DNA of 64,000 bases from the human T2T-CHM13v2.0 reference genome, Homo sapiens. The stretch lies in assembly GCF_009914755.1 (NCBI RefSeq), contig NC_060926.1. The stretch is one strand, 5' to 3'. The position numbers and the translations under genes are program-made. The notes under the pieces were generated by a model. That model had not been told where the DNA came from. It saw nothing but the letters and a program-made list of their open reading frames with translations, and made no database searches. The stretch's first letter is position 1. Each line of letters opens with the position of its first letter. Shown here piece after piece: positions 49,721 through 64,000 of the stretch.

Positions 49721-50449
49721 CCTGGCCCATACTTGTGTTTCAGATGACCTGAGAATTCCTCTCAAGAGTACAGGTAGAGGGGAACTGGTTCCTTGCTTCG
49801 GGAACTTCACCCGAGAGCGCAGAAATCCTTCCCGAGGCAGGAAAAATGGATTCCGTTCCATGTAGAGATATTTAAGATTTTATTGTGTAAAAATCTGTAT
49901 TCAGCGTGAACACCGGGGCCACCTACGCACAAAAAGAAGTCTTTACCGCTTTTCTTTCTTTTTACTCTCAGCCAGTGGAAGATGAGAATTTGCCGTTTTT
50001 AAAAGACCCAAGTAAAATGACAGGAATTACGGCACATTTCCCTTTATAAGCAAGAGCCTTCCCAACTTCGAGGTCTGGTTCCCTCTTAGGATGAAATATA
50101 GTAAAGTTTTAGCCCAATGTGTATTCATTCTTAAATTTCCTCTCTCGACCTAAGAGCGTAGGCATCTTTCACAAGGTGATGCTTGTGAAGAATAAAAAGG
50201 TGTGCTTTCTCAGCTGCCTAAATCCTGCCACCAAAGCCTTAATTTATAAGCATTTCTTGTTTTATCTACTTCATTCTGGACTGACATAAAGGATTTGATT
50301 CTTGCATGGGCACACATTTACATATCTGCTTTGCGCCAGGAATGGAGTGGGGTGCCAAACAATTTATGTAAAACTGTCTTTTGACAAAAGGATTATGTCA
50401 AAGAAAAGGAAGGTTCTAATCCGTGTAGAACTAAAGAATTGGTTGCTTT

Positions 50450-50754
50450 GGCAGAGTGCAGTGGCCCACGCCTGTAATCCCAGCACTGTGAGAGGCTGAG
50501 GTGGTGGGGATTGCCTGGGCTCAGGAGTTCAAGACCAACCTGAGCAACATAGGAAAATCCTGTCTCTACAAAAAATAAAAAATTAGCCGGGAGTAGTGGC
50601 GTGCACCTGTAGTCCCAGCTACTCAGGAGCCTGAAGTGGGAGGATCACTTGAGTCCAGGAGGTTGAGGCTGCAGTGAGCCATGATTGCACCACTGCACTC
50701 CAGCCTGCGTAACAGAGCAAGACCTTGTCTCAAAAAACAAAAGGAAAAAAAAAA
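50450..50754 (+). mobile_element. Alu (AluJ-like)
   Basis: TSD aattggttgc. Confidence 0.88.
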
Positions 50755-50974
50755 TTGGTTGCCTTTGTTGTTTTTTATAATGTAATTTTCTTCTCAAAAT
50801 ACTCAACTGTCAACATCTCACAATAAATTGTGTTAATGCTACACCAAAAGCCTAAGAAAATCCCATGAGCCACCCCAACTCCCTGGAAAGAATCAAGGAA
50901 CCTGAACAGTTTGTCTAGCTCTAGAAATAAAATGACAGCTGGGACATGGGGATTACTATGAAAAATTGACATGA

Positions 50975-51276
50975 GCCCGGGTGTGGTGGCTCACGCCTGT
51001 AATCCCAGCACTTTGGGAGGCCGAGGTGGGCAGATCACCTGAGGTCAGGGGTTTGAGACCAGCCTGGAAAACATGGTGAAACCCCATCTCTACTAAAAAT
51101 ACAAAAATTAGCCAGGCATGGTGGTGGGCACCTGTAGTGTCAGCTACTCAGGAGGCTGAGGCAGGAGAATCACTTGAACCTGGGAGGCGGAGGTTGCAGT
51201 GAGCCAAGATCACGCCATTGTACTGCAGCCTGGGCAACAAAAGCGAAAGTACTTCTCAAAAAAAAAAAAAAAAAAA
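50975..51276 (+). mobile_element. Alu (AluS-like)
   Basis: TSD aaa(a/t)ttgacat. Confidence 0.9.
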
Positions 51277-51331
51277 TTTGACATCACCTTCAGTCTTGTG
51301 TGAAAACTTTGCTCTCTCGAACCATACTTTA

Positions 51332-51757
<426 letters not shown>

Positions 51758-51851
51758 TTAATTATTTTTTCTTATAAAGAAGTAACAGTTCTTAGAAAGC
51801 TCAGACTATGCATTCTCAACCCATTAAACACCTGTCTGCAAACACCATTGT

Positions 51852-52177
<326 letters not shown>

Positions 52178-53229
52178 TTATAAGCACCATAAACACTACA
52201 AGGTAGGGGTTCTTAAAACATCAGAAAACTCTTTGAATTCTGAAGAGTGAACATCACTGACTTTAATACACACCTGTAAAACCCTTGTACCTTGAATGTC
52301 CCTGATAGAGGAGGGTCCTCCCCCACCAACTCCATCAGTCACTTGTGGTGGCAGCGAGGCTCAGGCAGCACTTTCTGAAGAAAGGGATGGCAATAGCCCA
52401 TATCCTACTAGATGGGACTAAAATTAACTCTGATCATCCCAAAACAGTTGAGTGCCTCCTAAATAACCACTAGAAATAGCTCAGAACCACGCAGGAGGCA
52501 GCCTGGCTCCCAGGCAGCTTCCAGAGGGTTCTGGGCAGGAGTCTCAGAATGTGGAAAAACCGTCTGCAAGTGATGACATGTGGGAAAAGGGTAGGGGTTT
52601 AGGTTTTTGGTTTTTTTCCTACTGTCTCAGCAGGGGAAAAAAATGAAAGGTTCTGCTCTCACCTCTAGCTATTCCCTCCTCTCTAACACAGACATGAAAT
52701 AAAACAATCCTAAGTACTTGACCTAGCCAAGTCTGTCTGAGGGGGATGGACTGGAGTCTAAGGGAGGGAAGCAGCCAGTTGAGTATCTGACAAACACCCT
52801 GGAACCTGAGCAGCTCGGAGGAATACAGGGCTGGAGCCCCTCACACAGACCAGAGGTGGGGGCTGGGCCAGGAAGCCCCTCATGTGGACAGAGGTGGGAG
52901 CTGGCTGGCCATGGGATATTTGGGGACTGCTGGCAGTGAGCCAGCCACGTGTTTGACAGCAGAGTCTTGCTACAGACAGAAGGGAGGTCCCTGAGGAAGC
53001 CACCCTCCCCCGTCTTACCAGATGGAGCAAGCTTCAGAGCCCTAGGCCCACCCCTGGCAGGGCCTGCTTGTAAAAGGAACCCCAGAATGGCCAAGGCTAG
53101 ACTTCTCTCCAACTGTGGCAAGTGGGGTGCACACATGGAAAAATGAGGAAACCAGGTATTTCTCACACTTAGCACACGGGAACAGTTCACAACATCCAAG
53201 TCAGGATAACTGTTTACTAACAAAGGTGC

Positions 53230-53235
53230 TTTAAT
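53230..53235 (-). terminator. PASK: PASK candidate poly(A) signal ATTAAA
   Basis: tttaat on +, ~440 nt past stop; AGTAAA at 53213-53218; GT-rich sequence follows on -. Confidence 0.55.
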
Positions 53236-53673
53236 TTGAAAAGCATTTGAGGAAATAAATTAATGAAATAGTCTGGCCATTTGACTAACCAGTTCTACAA
53301 ATTTCACATATCCGTCACTCAGATGAGCATATACCAAGTCAGAGGAAACAAAACATGCACATATACAAAAGTAGAAAGAGAAAACACTCATGCCTTCAGA
53401 AGTTCACAAATTAAAAGCCCTTTAATAATATAAAACAGTTGAACACTGGAATGTTTTTTTCTAGGTCATGAAAAAAGTGAATTCCAAATCTATGTAATAA
53501 ATCTAAAATAATACAGCATCACTGTCTTCTGTTCTGGTGTTTATCAAACCTGCACATGAGTTTTTAGAAGGTGAATTGGGGATGCTTCAGAATGTATTTT
53601 CTCCAAACAGATGGAGCCTGAAAACTGTGTGATTTTCCAAACCAAGTGGAGAAAAGCAGGAAGAAATTGGTGT

Positions 53674-53856
<183 letters not shown>

Positions 53857-54389
53857 TCACGTGCTAACAACTTAAGGTTCTAAAATACTTTGCTTCTCAC
53901 TTGAAGAAGTCCTAGAACAAAAGCCTAAGGTGAGGCCCTCAGAAATCCAACTGGCAATGTCCCGGAAGTACAGATCCTGCCAAGGTGGGGATCTAAGCCC
54001 AGGGCCATCAACCGCAGCTTGGTCCAAATGCTCTGAGCAGTGGTTTTGGCTCTGTGGCCAGAGCCTTGTCTGAAGAGCCCTCGGCCCCGCCGGCTGCTAG
54101 AGAATCACTCTCAGCATCTGTGGCCTCATCCTCCCCTTCGGCCCAGTCAGACCATCACCAGCTGCATTCCTCAAACCATCTTTGAGGGTTCCGACCCCTT
54201 CTGCCAGGAGCTCCCATGACACCTGCCCACCCTCCAAGGTCCAAAGCCACACCCTGAACCCCAGTGGTGTCCAGAGGCCTCGGGACAGAATCAAACCCCC
54301 TCTCACAGGTGACAGGTCAGCTATAGGCCCTGACATTTGTGTCCAAGACAGCATGGGGGAGAGAGCCTCCTTTTCCTCCTTTTGACCTA

Positions 54390-54680
<291 letters not shown>

Positions 54681-55233
54681 TCACCACCCCCCCGCAGAGC
54701 CTCTGACTGGGCAGGTGGCGGCCCAGGAACCTCTAGTGCAGGGCCCAGCTGTGCTTGGACAGAAGCTGCAGGAAACATTCATTGCCTCTGAAATGAAAGC
54801 TTGGAGTTCAAGATGCCATCCCACTCAACCAAAATCCAGGTGGTGCAGAGGTTCCTAACTGCTCTATTCTCAGGGGCTCTGGCAATGCAGAGCTGTGAAT
54901 AACGCAGGGTTAACATGACAGGTGAGGGGATGCCAGCACAAGCTGAGAGAAGCCCCCAGCCTTGCATCTGGATTCGGGCCCCAGTTCCTTTAACCATGTA
55001 GGCACCAAGTCAACAGGGCCACTTGGAGCCTCCCTGTCCTGACTGCAAGTGTGTTTCTCACAAGAGGGCCTCTAAGATCCAAAGAGGAACATTAACAAAA
55101 ACTAAATTATCAAGATGTTTTAAAGTCATATGCAAATTATTTGATGAATAGAAAAGAAACAAATGAGACTGTTGATATGGACAGAGATACACTGAGGAAT
55201 GAGGAAATGGGAAAAAAAAGTGGCTGGTCTCTA

Positions 55234-55785
<552 letters not shown>

Positions 55786-56041
55786 TCACGTGCCCTTCAG
55801 ACGTGATCAGGCATGTTCACGATCTTGGTGTGAACGGGCTTGGTGTGACCATGGACACACATGCCCTTTAGGAAGATGGCTGTGGCGACGATGTGAAGGG
55901 TGCTGCAGGACGAGACTGAACAGGGAAAAACACCGAAGGATGAAAGCAAACAAGAAGGACGTGGTGAAGGTGGGTGTTCACACAGTGGGCCAAATGGAGG
56001 AGCAAGCTTCAGGGAGAAGACACCCAAAGGACTATTGTTAC

Positions 56042-56281
56042 TTCCTGTCGCCGTAAACATCCTCATCCACGCTACCATTTATTTCCTGTCACCGTAAACA
56101 TCCTCATCCACGCTACCATTTATTTCCTGTCACCGTAAACATCCTCATCCACGCTACCATTTATTTCCTGTCGCCGTAAACATCCTCATCCACGCTACCA
56201 TTTATTTCCTGTCACCGTAAACATCCTCATCCATGCTACCATTTATTTCCTGTCACCGTAAACATCCTCATCCATGCTACC
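56042..56281. repeat. 41-bp minisatellite, ~6 copies
   Basis: unit ttcctgtc(a/g)ccgtaaacatcctcatcca(c/t)gctaccatttat. Confidence 0.95.
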
Positions 56282-56299
56282 ATCTATTGGGTACCTAGA

Positions 56300-56440
56300 G
56301 ATGCCAATGCTGTACCAGCATTTTACATGGCTTAACCCAAATCCTCACAACAACCTAGCAAGATAAATATGACTTTCATTTTGCACAGAAGAGCAAGGCT
56401 TGGTGAGGTGAAGTTGCTGCCAAGCACGCACCAGAGCCAG
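56300..56440. mobile_element. MIR fragment
   Basis: aatcctcacaacaaccta...cattttgcacagaagag...gaggtgaagttgctgccaag. Confidence 0.65.
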
Positions 56441-56917
56441 GTCACCAGCACCCACAGCCCTGCCCCTGCACTGGCCAAGGCCATGCGTCTCCAGGTCCGC
56501 AGCTGGGGGTCTGTCCCCAGAAGAGGTCTGGGAAGCAGCAGCCTGTTCTCAGAACCAGAATTAGACAAGGGAGCCAAGAGAAACCACAGCAGTGAGAAGA
56601 GTGGCACGGACAGAGCCCCGGGCTGGACTCGGAGAAGAGGGGCTGGGAGGGAGGGGAGGGGAGGGGAGGGGAGGGCTCAAGAGGGCAGATCACAGAGGCC
56701 AGAGCAGCAGCGTGGGTGAAAGTCGGGCCCCCAGGCTGAGTCAGCAGGGTGGTGGGGTGGCTAGCACAGACCGCAGGGAAGCTGAGCGGACGGATGAGAG
56801 CTGTAGGGGCTAGAGCAAGAAAATCAGTTTCAGCAGTTTTTGTTTTTGTGTTGTTTCTGTTTTTTAGAGAGATTTCAAGATGTTTAGAAGCTGAAGAGAA
56901 ATATCCAATAGAACAGA

Positions 56918-57088
56918 ACAGAGGTTGGCAAACTTTTCCTGTGAAGGGTCAAATAGTAAATATTTCAGGTTTTGGGCCACATGGTCCCCACTGCAACTCA
57001 ACTCTGTCATGTAGGACAAAGGCAGCTACAGACGACACATAAGCAAATGAGCACAGCTCCATTCCAATAAAACTTTATTTATAGAAAC
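56918..57088 (-). mobile_element. MER58A-type fragment
   Basis: cagaggttggcaaacttttcctgtgaagggtcaaatagtaaatattt...ccaataaaactttattt. Confidence 0.78.
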
Positions 57089-57089
57089 A

Positions 57090-57415
57090 AGAGGCAGGGG
57101 ATGTTTGCACACACGTTTGTAGCAGCATCACGAACAACATAAAGATGGAAGCAAAAGGTAGAAGCAACACAAATGTCCACTGACAGATGAATAAGTACAG
57201 CATATCCAGAAAACGCAATCAAATTCAGCCTTGAAAAGGAAGATGCTGGCACAGGCCACAACATGGATGGACCTTGAGGACTTTATGCAAAGTGAAATAA
57301 GCCAGTCACCAAAAGGCAAATGCTGTACGATTCCACGTATAGGAGGTCCCTAGAGTAGTCAGATTCATAGAGAAAATAGCAGAATGGCAGCTGCCAGGGC
57401 CTGAGGAAGGGGAAG
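57090..57415 (+). mobile_element. L1MB-like 3' fragment
   Basis: acaacatggatggaccttgaggactttatgcaaagtgaaataagccagtcac. Confidence 0.78.
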
Positions 57416-59235
57416 AGGGACCTAAGGCCACAGTCTGCCGACCCTGGAGTAGACGGAGATGAAGATGACAAGACAGAAGCCAGGGCCCTGAGGATGGGAT
57501 TGAGAATAAGAACTCAGAAACCCTTTCATCCAGGGAGATGGGGAGAGGACGCAGGAGGGAGGAAGGAGCTCCTGAGAGGAGGCCTGCAGCCCCGCAGGCC
57601 CAGGAGCAGTACACCGCTCACAGCCAGAAAGGAGAGGCCAGGAGGCAGGGCAGAGCCCTGGCAGGGCAGGCGCTCAGGGAGAGGGTGGGAGCCACAGCTC
57701 TGGGAGGCAGGGCCAAGGTGGCCAAGCAGCACTGAGCTCTCGCCCAGGTTGGATCCCCCCTGCACCCTCCCCAAGCTTCACGGCCTGGGTACAGGAAGGG
57801 GTGACAAGCCATGCAGCAGGCATCATGGGTCAGTGGACAGGGGACAGGCAGTTCCCTCCAGCACGGAGGGCACGACAACCACTGCAGGGCAGGCAGAGCC
57901 CACCAGCGCCCACCAGGCTCTAGGGCAACCAAACTAGATCTGAAGGGAAACTCCACGGCCCTTCTTAGACCAACCCCCTTCGATATTTCACGCTGTTTGG
58001 TGGCTCTGAAGATGCATGGAGGTTCTAGCGGGGAAGAGCCCATTTTCACTTCCTCCATACTCTGCACACAGGGCATCCAGGCCCAGAAGAGCTCAACGCT
58101 GCCTGGCATGGAGAGGTTGGCGCAGGCTGAGGCTGCTGGGCTCTGAGGACTCAGGGTGTGCAGCCTGGAACCTGCACCTCCTAATGAAATATGGCCTAAG
58201 CAGACACCAGGATCCAGAGCCCAGCCACTCCTCTCCCCAATGCTGAGGCCCTCCCGAGAGCCCAAGGCACGGCATGGAGCTCGTGCGTGACTGCGAGCAA
58301 ATGCCCTGGCCTCAGGCCACCAGGTCAGGTGCAGCAGGTCTGTGAGGGACCCCGTGTGCCTCTCCTGTGGGGGCAGCATCAGCTTCCCTCCTAGAGAACC
58401 ACATGGAGCAGATATGGGCGGTGCAGCAGAGCGCTGCAGCAGAGGGCCAGGAGGGTCCAAGCAGTGCTGTGATCATCCGACTCTCTAACCATGAACTCAC
58501 CTAGAGATGCATTCCAACCACACCTCTCTAAAATACATGTAGGTGTTAGTGGAAAACACCTGCTATCTATTTCTGACTTAATAAAGTCTATTTCATACAC
58601 ATAGACACATTTGGTTTACAGGCAGATGAGACAGTGATCGGGCACGTCAGCAGACAGTCTCCACTCAGGCCCTACAAATGAACCACAATCTTCCTTTCCG
58701 TTTTGCTTTCCTCTCTAAAGTCCCCCGAGAGGAGGCCCTGCCCAGGCCGGCCCCCGACTCACAGGCTCCCCAGACTGCAGAGATGCAAACTCAGCCACAC
58801 ACCCAAGGACGCCGCTTCTCCCCACAGCAGAGCAGAGGCTCAGCTGGCCCACTCCAGTGACATGGAGTCTGGCTGGTCAGCGACAGCCCCTCCAGCCAAG
58901 GGCTCCACCTTCAGCACGAATCCTCTGCCTCGGGACTTTCTCTAGTGCTTGATTTCTTGTATGGTCAGCCCCGCGGTATTTTATTGAAATAGATATTATT
59001 CCTGTCATCAAAATAAATAAACCTAACTAAAAAGAATCCTCTTCACTTATTTGAAGAGTGCCATTTTGGGGGACTCTTCAATATTTTTCTTGGCTTTTTA
59101 TTATATGAAACTCCAAACAAATAAAAGCTGAGAAAATAAAATTATTAACTCCTATATCCATCGCCCAGTGCCTTTGCCCAATATGACCTTGCCTGCCTGC
59201 CCACTTACTTTCCAGCATATCACCCTGACCACTCA

Positions 59236-59553
<318 letters not shown>

Positions 59554-60439
59554 TCAGGAGGCCAGAGGGGGCTTTTTAAAAAAGCAATTCAACTAAAATA
59601 TGCATTTAAAATAAACTGGAACAAAAAAAAACACAAAGAAAAAATAAACCTCCGACTCATAATGAACTGGGGACAGGAAAGATTTTTCAATGCTGAAGAT
59701 ATGATTGGAAGCAAACAGGAAACAAAGCCCTTCAGGAGGCGTGTTCACTGGGGATGGCCACGTTAGCCGGCAAGGTGGCAACATCAATGAGACTCGTGAG
59801 TTCTGTTTGCTGCTGAGAAAAGCTTCCCAGCAGACACTCGCCCCCACCAACGCACACCATGCCTATTTCAGGAGGAAAGACAGGCCACAAAGCCACAGCT
59901 CAAAGACACTCATGGTGGGCAAGTGAATGGGTGCAGGTTTGGTGTTAAGTGGGAAGTACCCAAGAGAAAGCACCAAGTCGATAACCTCAGCTCACAGGGA
60001 GGGAAAGTGACTTGCCCAGAGTTCAGGCAGCAATTTGGGGCAGAGCTGGGAGCACAGCCTCAGTGGCTTCTCAGAGAGCAGCATGACGTATCAGCCATCC
60101 TTTCCCCAAATGTGTGGCTACTCAATGATGCAGACTTAAAGCAGTTACACTGGAAACGGGCTTCGTTCCCACGGAGGTGCAGCTGCAGTGCTCCACTGCC
60201 TGCCCACTCTGCCTCTCCAATAACAGAGGCCAGCAACATCGGCCTTTCAGTTTAGCTCAACTAGGATGAATTAAACGTCTGACTGTCATAATTTGGACAC
60301 CCATTATACCAATCAACTTAGTGACTTCATGGATGTATCATGTTGATCTTTTGAGACAAATTTATATTTACAAATGAGTATCTTTCAAATCAGGAGCAAT
60401 AATCACAGGTTAGCTAAGCCCGATTAACTTACATTTAAT

Positions 60440-60700
60440 AAATATACGCATATTTATACACATATATACAAACATATACATACCTGCATATTTATATATA
60501 CATACCTGCATATTTATATATACATACCTGCATATTTATACATACATTTAGATACATACATGTGCACATATATACACACCTGCATACACACGTGTGCATA
60601 CCTATACACATAACATATACTTGTACATAGGTACACACATAAATACACATATACAAGCATGCATGCATACATACTTACATATATATGTAGATATATACAA
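60440..60700. repeat. (CATATA)n-like simple repeat
   Basis: alternating purine/pyrimidine low complexity. Confidence 0.85.
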
Positions 60701-60990
60701 ATCAGTCAGGATCCAATCAGGAGACAGAAATCACACATGAACTTGAACATGGAAAGTTTCATTAAGATTTATTAACTAGTACTGAGAGATTAACCACAAA
60801 GGGCTAAAGAGCGACTTGAAGAAAGCTGCTCTTCCTGCAGATGCTTCTGTGCCCTGGACTGGCCATGCTGCCCTGGAGCGGCCTGAACCAAGCCAGGGCT
60901 GTTCCCAGGCCCAGCTCCCCGACCCCGCTGCTGAGCAGGTCCTGATGAATCTGGAGCTGACAGGCAATGCCCTGAGAACCAGCATGATTC
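60700..60990. mobile_element. Possible old MaLR/ERVL LTR fragment
   Basis: tcagtcaggatccaatcaggagacagaaatcacac resembles MLT-type LTR ends; family uncertain. Confidence 0.4.
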
Positions 60991-62054
60991 CTACATACAT
61001 TGATGTGCGATCATATACTTTATAAAATTGTGCATCTGTATTTACATAGAATAACATTTATGTCTATATATTTACAAAAGGGGTAGAGATTCTTTTGGCA
61101 AAAATTTTAGAGTATAAACACCATAATTATGTGTCTCACTAGCCCCAGAATTAACAGCTGTCAGGCAGCAGCTTTTAACAAGCGACCCTCAACATAACCT
61201 CATACAGATACTCTGTTTGCTGTAAAAAGTTTCAGAAAGAAGTGTTGGCCACAAACTAAAGGGAGGACGTCACCTTCCAACACAGGAAGAGGGAGAGAGG
61301 TGACCCTTTTTTGCAGAACCATAATATCTGAAACTTACAAGTAGGAGCCTGAGAAACTAAACTTCGGAAACCCAACAACCCGAGAGTGTGTAGCTTTAAG
61401 GAAGAAATGTTGATTCACGGAAGCTGTCATTAGAAATCGAGTTGTCCCCAGCAAACAATCCAAGAGCAAATGTGAGTTGTCTACACAGCCCTTTGCTGGT
61501 ATTTCTCCAGTTCTTCTGGGGGAGCTGGGAGCAGTACAGGATGGAACCGCCACCCTCTCCTTAAAACCCAACACGAGTTACCGTTTCTTCCCCCTGTCCC
61601 TCTGCTAGGGTGCCTTCCTATTTGGATCATCACTCTCCCATTCCAATAAAATAATGGCCGAAGTTCAATATGTAATTAGACACGAAACAGATCAAGACAA
61701 ATACTTACTGAAAAGTGAGAATGTCAGGATCTCAGTTTTGCTGGTTAATTACCTCAACAGCCACCATTTAGTGGGCACTTACAACCTGCAGGCCGCTGTG
61801 CCGCACACATGCCTTTGAGACGCTCTCTGGCTGCATCCTAACCCTTACTGGTTAATTTTTATGATTGTTGTGGATATTTTATGTATGTAAATAAACCTTA
61901 ACCATTAAACATACTTTCTCAGTCATTCCAGGACTGTATCTGGCCTCATCCTTCCTTCCCAACCTCACTTTCTCTACTTCAATCATAGAATTTTCTTCTC
62001 AAAATATATATCCTACTCCATGAAATCCCCACACAGAAGGCTAGATCCAGCTCA

Positions 62055-62285
<231 letters not shown>

Positions 62286-62368
62286 CTAGGAAGAGACAAA
62301 GCCAAGTCCAACTCTACCAAAACATCTTCAAGTCAACAAATTGAAGACATTTGACATGAGCCAAGTTA

Positions 62369-63316
<948 letters not shown>

Positions 63317-64000
63317 TTGGTCCATGCGGCAGACACATCCCCTGCATTTACCTCCCCTAAGTCCCACGGACATGAAAGAAGAAACAAAGTGATAAACGCC
63401 TGCAGCACAAGGAAGCACAGAAGGGGGTCAGCAGCTGACCAGAAATGCAGCGTCATTACTGCCCATTCTGTAAGGTGGACAGATGGGTGAGATGGAGAAT
63501 CCAGGTGGAGCTGAGGGAGCCATAACCTGGGCTGGAGAGAGGGCCCCAGAGGCCTCAGGGCATGTGCCCCGGAGAACATCCACGTCACCCCGACTTCTCA
63601 ACCAAGGACTGGAAAGCCCTGGCCAAGAGAATAAACGAAGAAGCCAGAAAACTAGAAAATACAAAGAAAAGCTATCACTCTTAGACATGTTTTCAACATT
63701 GACTCTGAGATTAATCAGACTTTAGCAAGACTGACAGACATAAGGTAAATATAAGAAAAACAGTGCTACCACAGTCAATGATAGTCAAAGTGTAACAGAA
63801 AAAGATACCATTCACAAAAGAAAGAACACTGCAAGTCGCTGAAAATCTGGTCGCCCAACACAACGCCTGCTGCTACGTGGGTGTCGGCACGCAGCTGAAG
63901 GAGCGATGGGCAACCCAGCGGGTGCCAACCACAGGATGGGCCTGTTCAGGTGTCAGGAAGAGATGCTGAGTGAGATCATGCACCAAGGAACGATGAGTGC

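Noticed and set aside
56042-56281. CRISPR array or miR-30 precursor
   Set aside because: Head-to-tail units with no unique spacers; the miR-30 match is only 12 nt and there is no hairpin partner
57618-58460. 280-aa minus ORF in a PASK intron
   Set aside because: Non-ATG start, low-complexity composition, no recognisable family

Overview
Primate (human-type Alu content) genomic DNA carrying three intron-containing genes; the SNED1-MTERF4-PASK order matches human 2q37.3 from recalled knowledge. (1) 3' part of SNED1 on + : 16 coding exons (sushi, 4 EGF, 3 FN3, linker, EGF, Cys-rich tail), stop at 35502-35504, then a non-coding last exon from 38741 with a ~3.9 kb 3'UTR. (2) Complete MTERF4 on - : 4 coding exons, 1146 nt = 381 aa plus stop, with a CpG-island promoter near 49.2-49.7 kb. 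(3) Last six exons of PASK on - , encoding the kinase domain from subdomain II to the C-terminus. All exons were joined by hand with GT-AG ends and consistent phase. Introns are rich in Alu, old L1/L2/MIR, DNA-transposon fossils and many short tandem duplications. No CRISPR, tRNA, rRNA or intact transposon, and no wholly new gene system, is supportable. The best candidates for undescribed biology are RNA-processing features: a 37-bp repeat that triplicates the MTERF4 exon-3 splice donor; a 41-bp PASK intronic VNTR whose units carry a sense AATAAA and a 12-nt miR-30a-complementary site; head-on SNED1/MTERF4 poly(A) signals; and an unannotated 5-Cys C-terminal module in SNED1. Repeat family names are by-eye calls and their boundaries are approximate.
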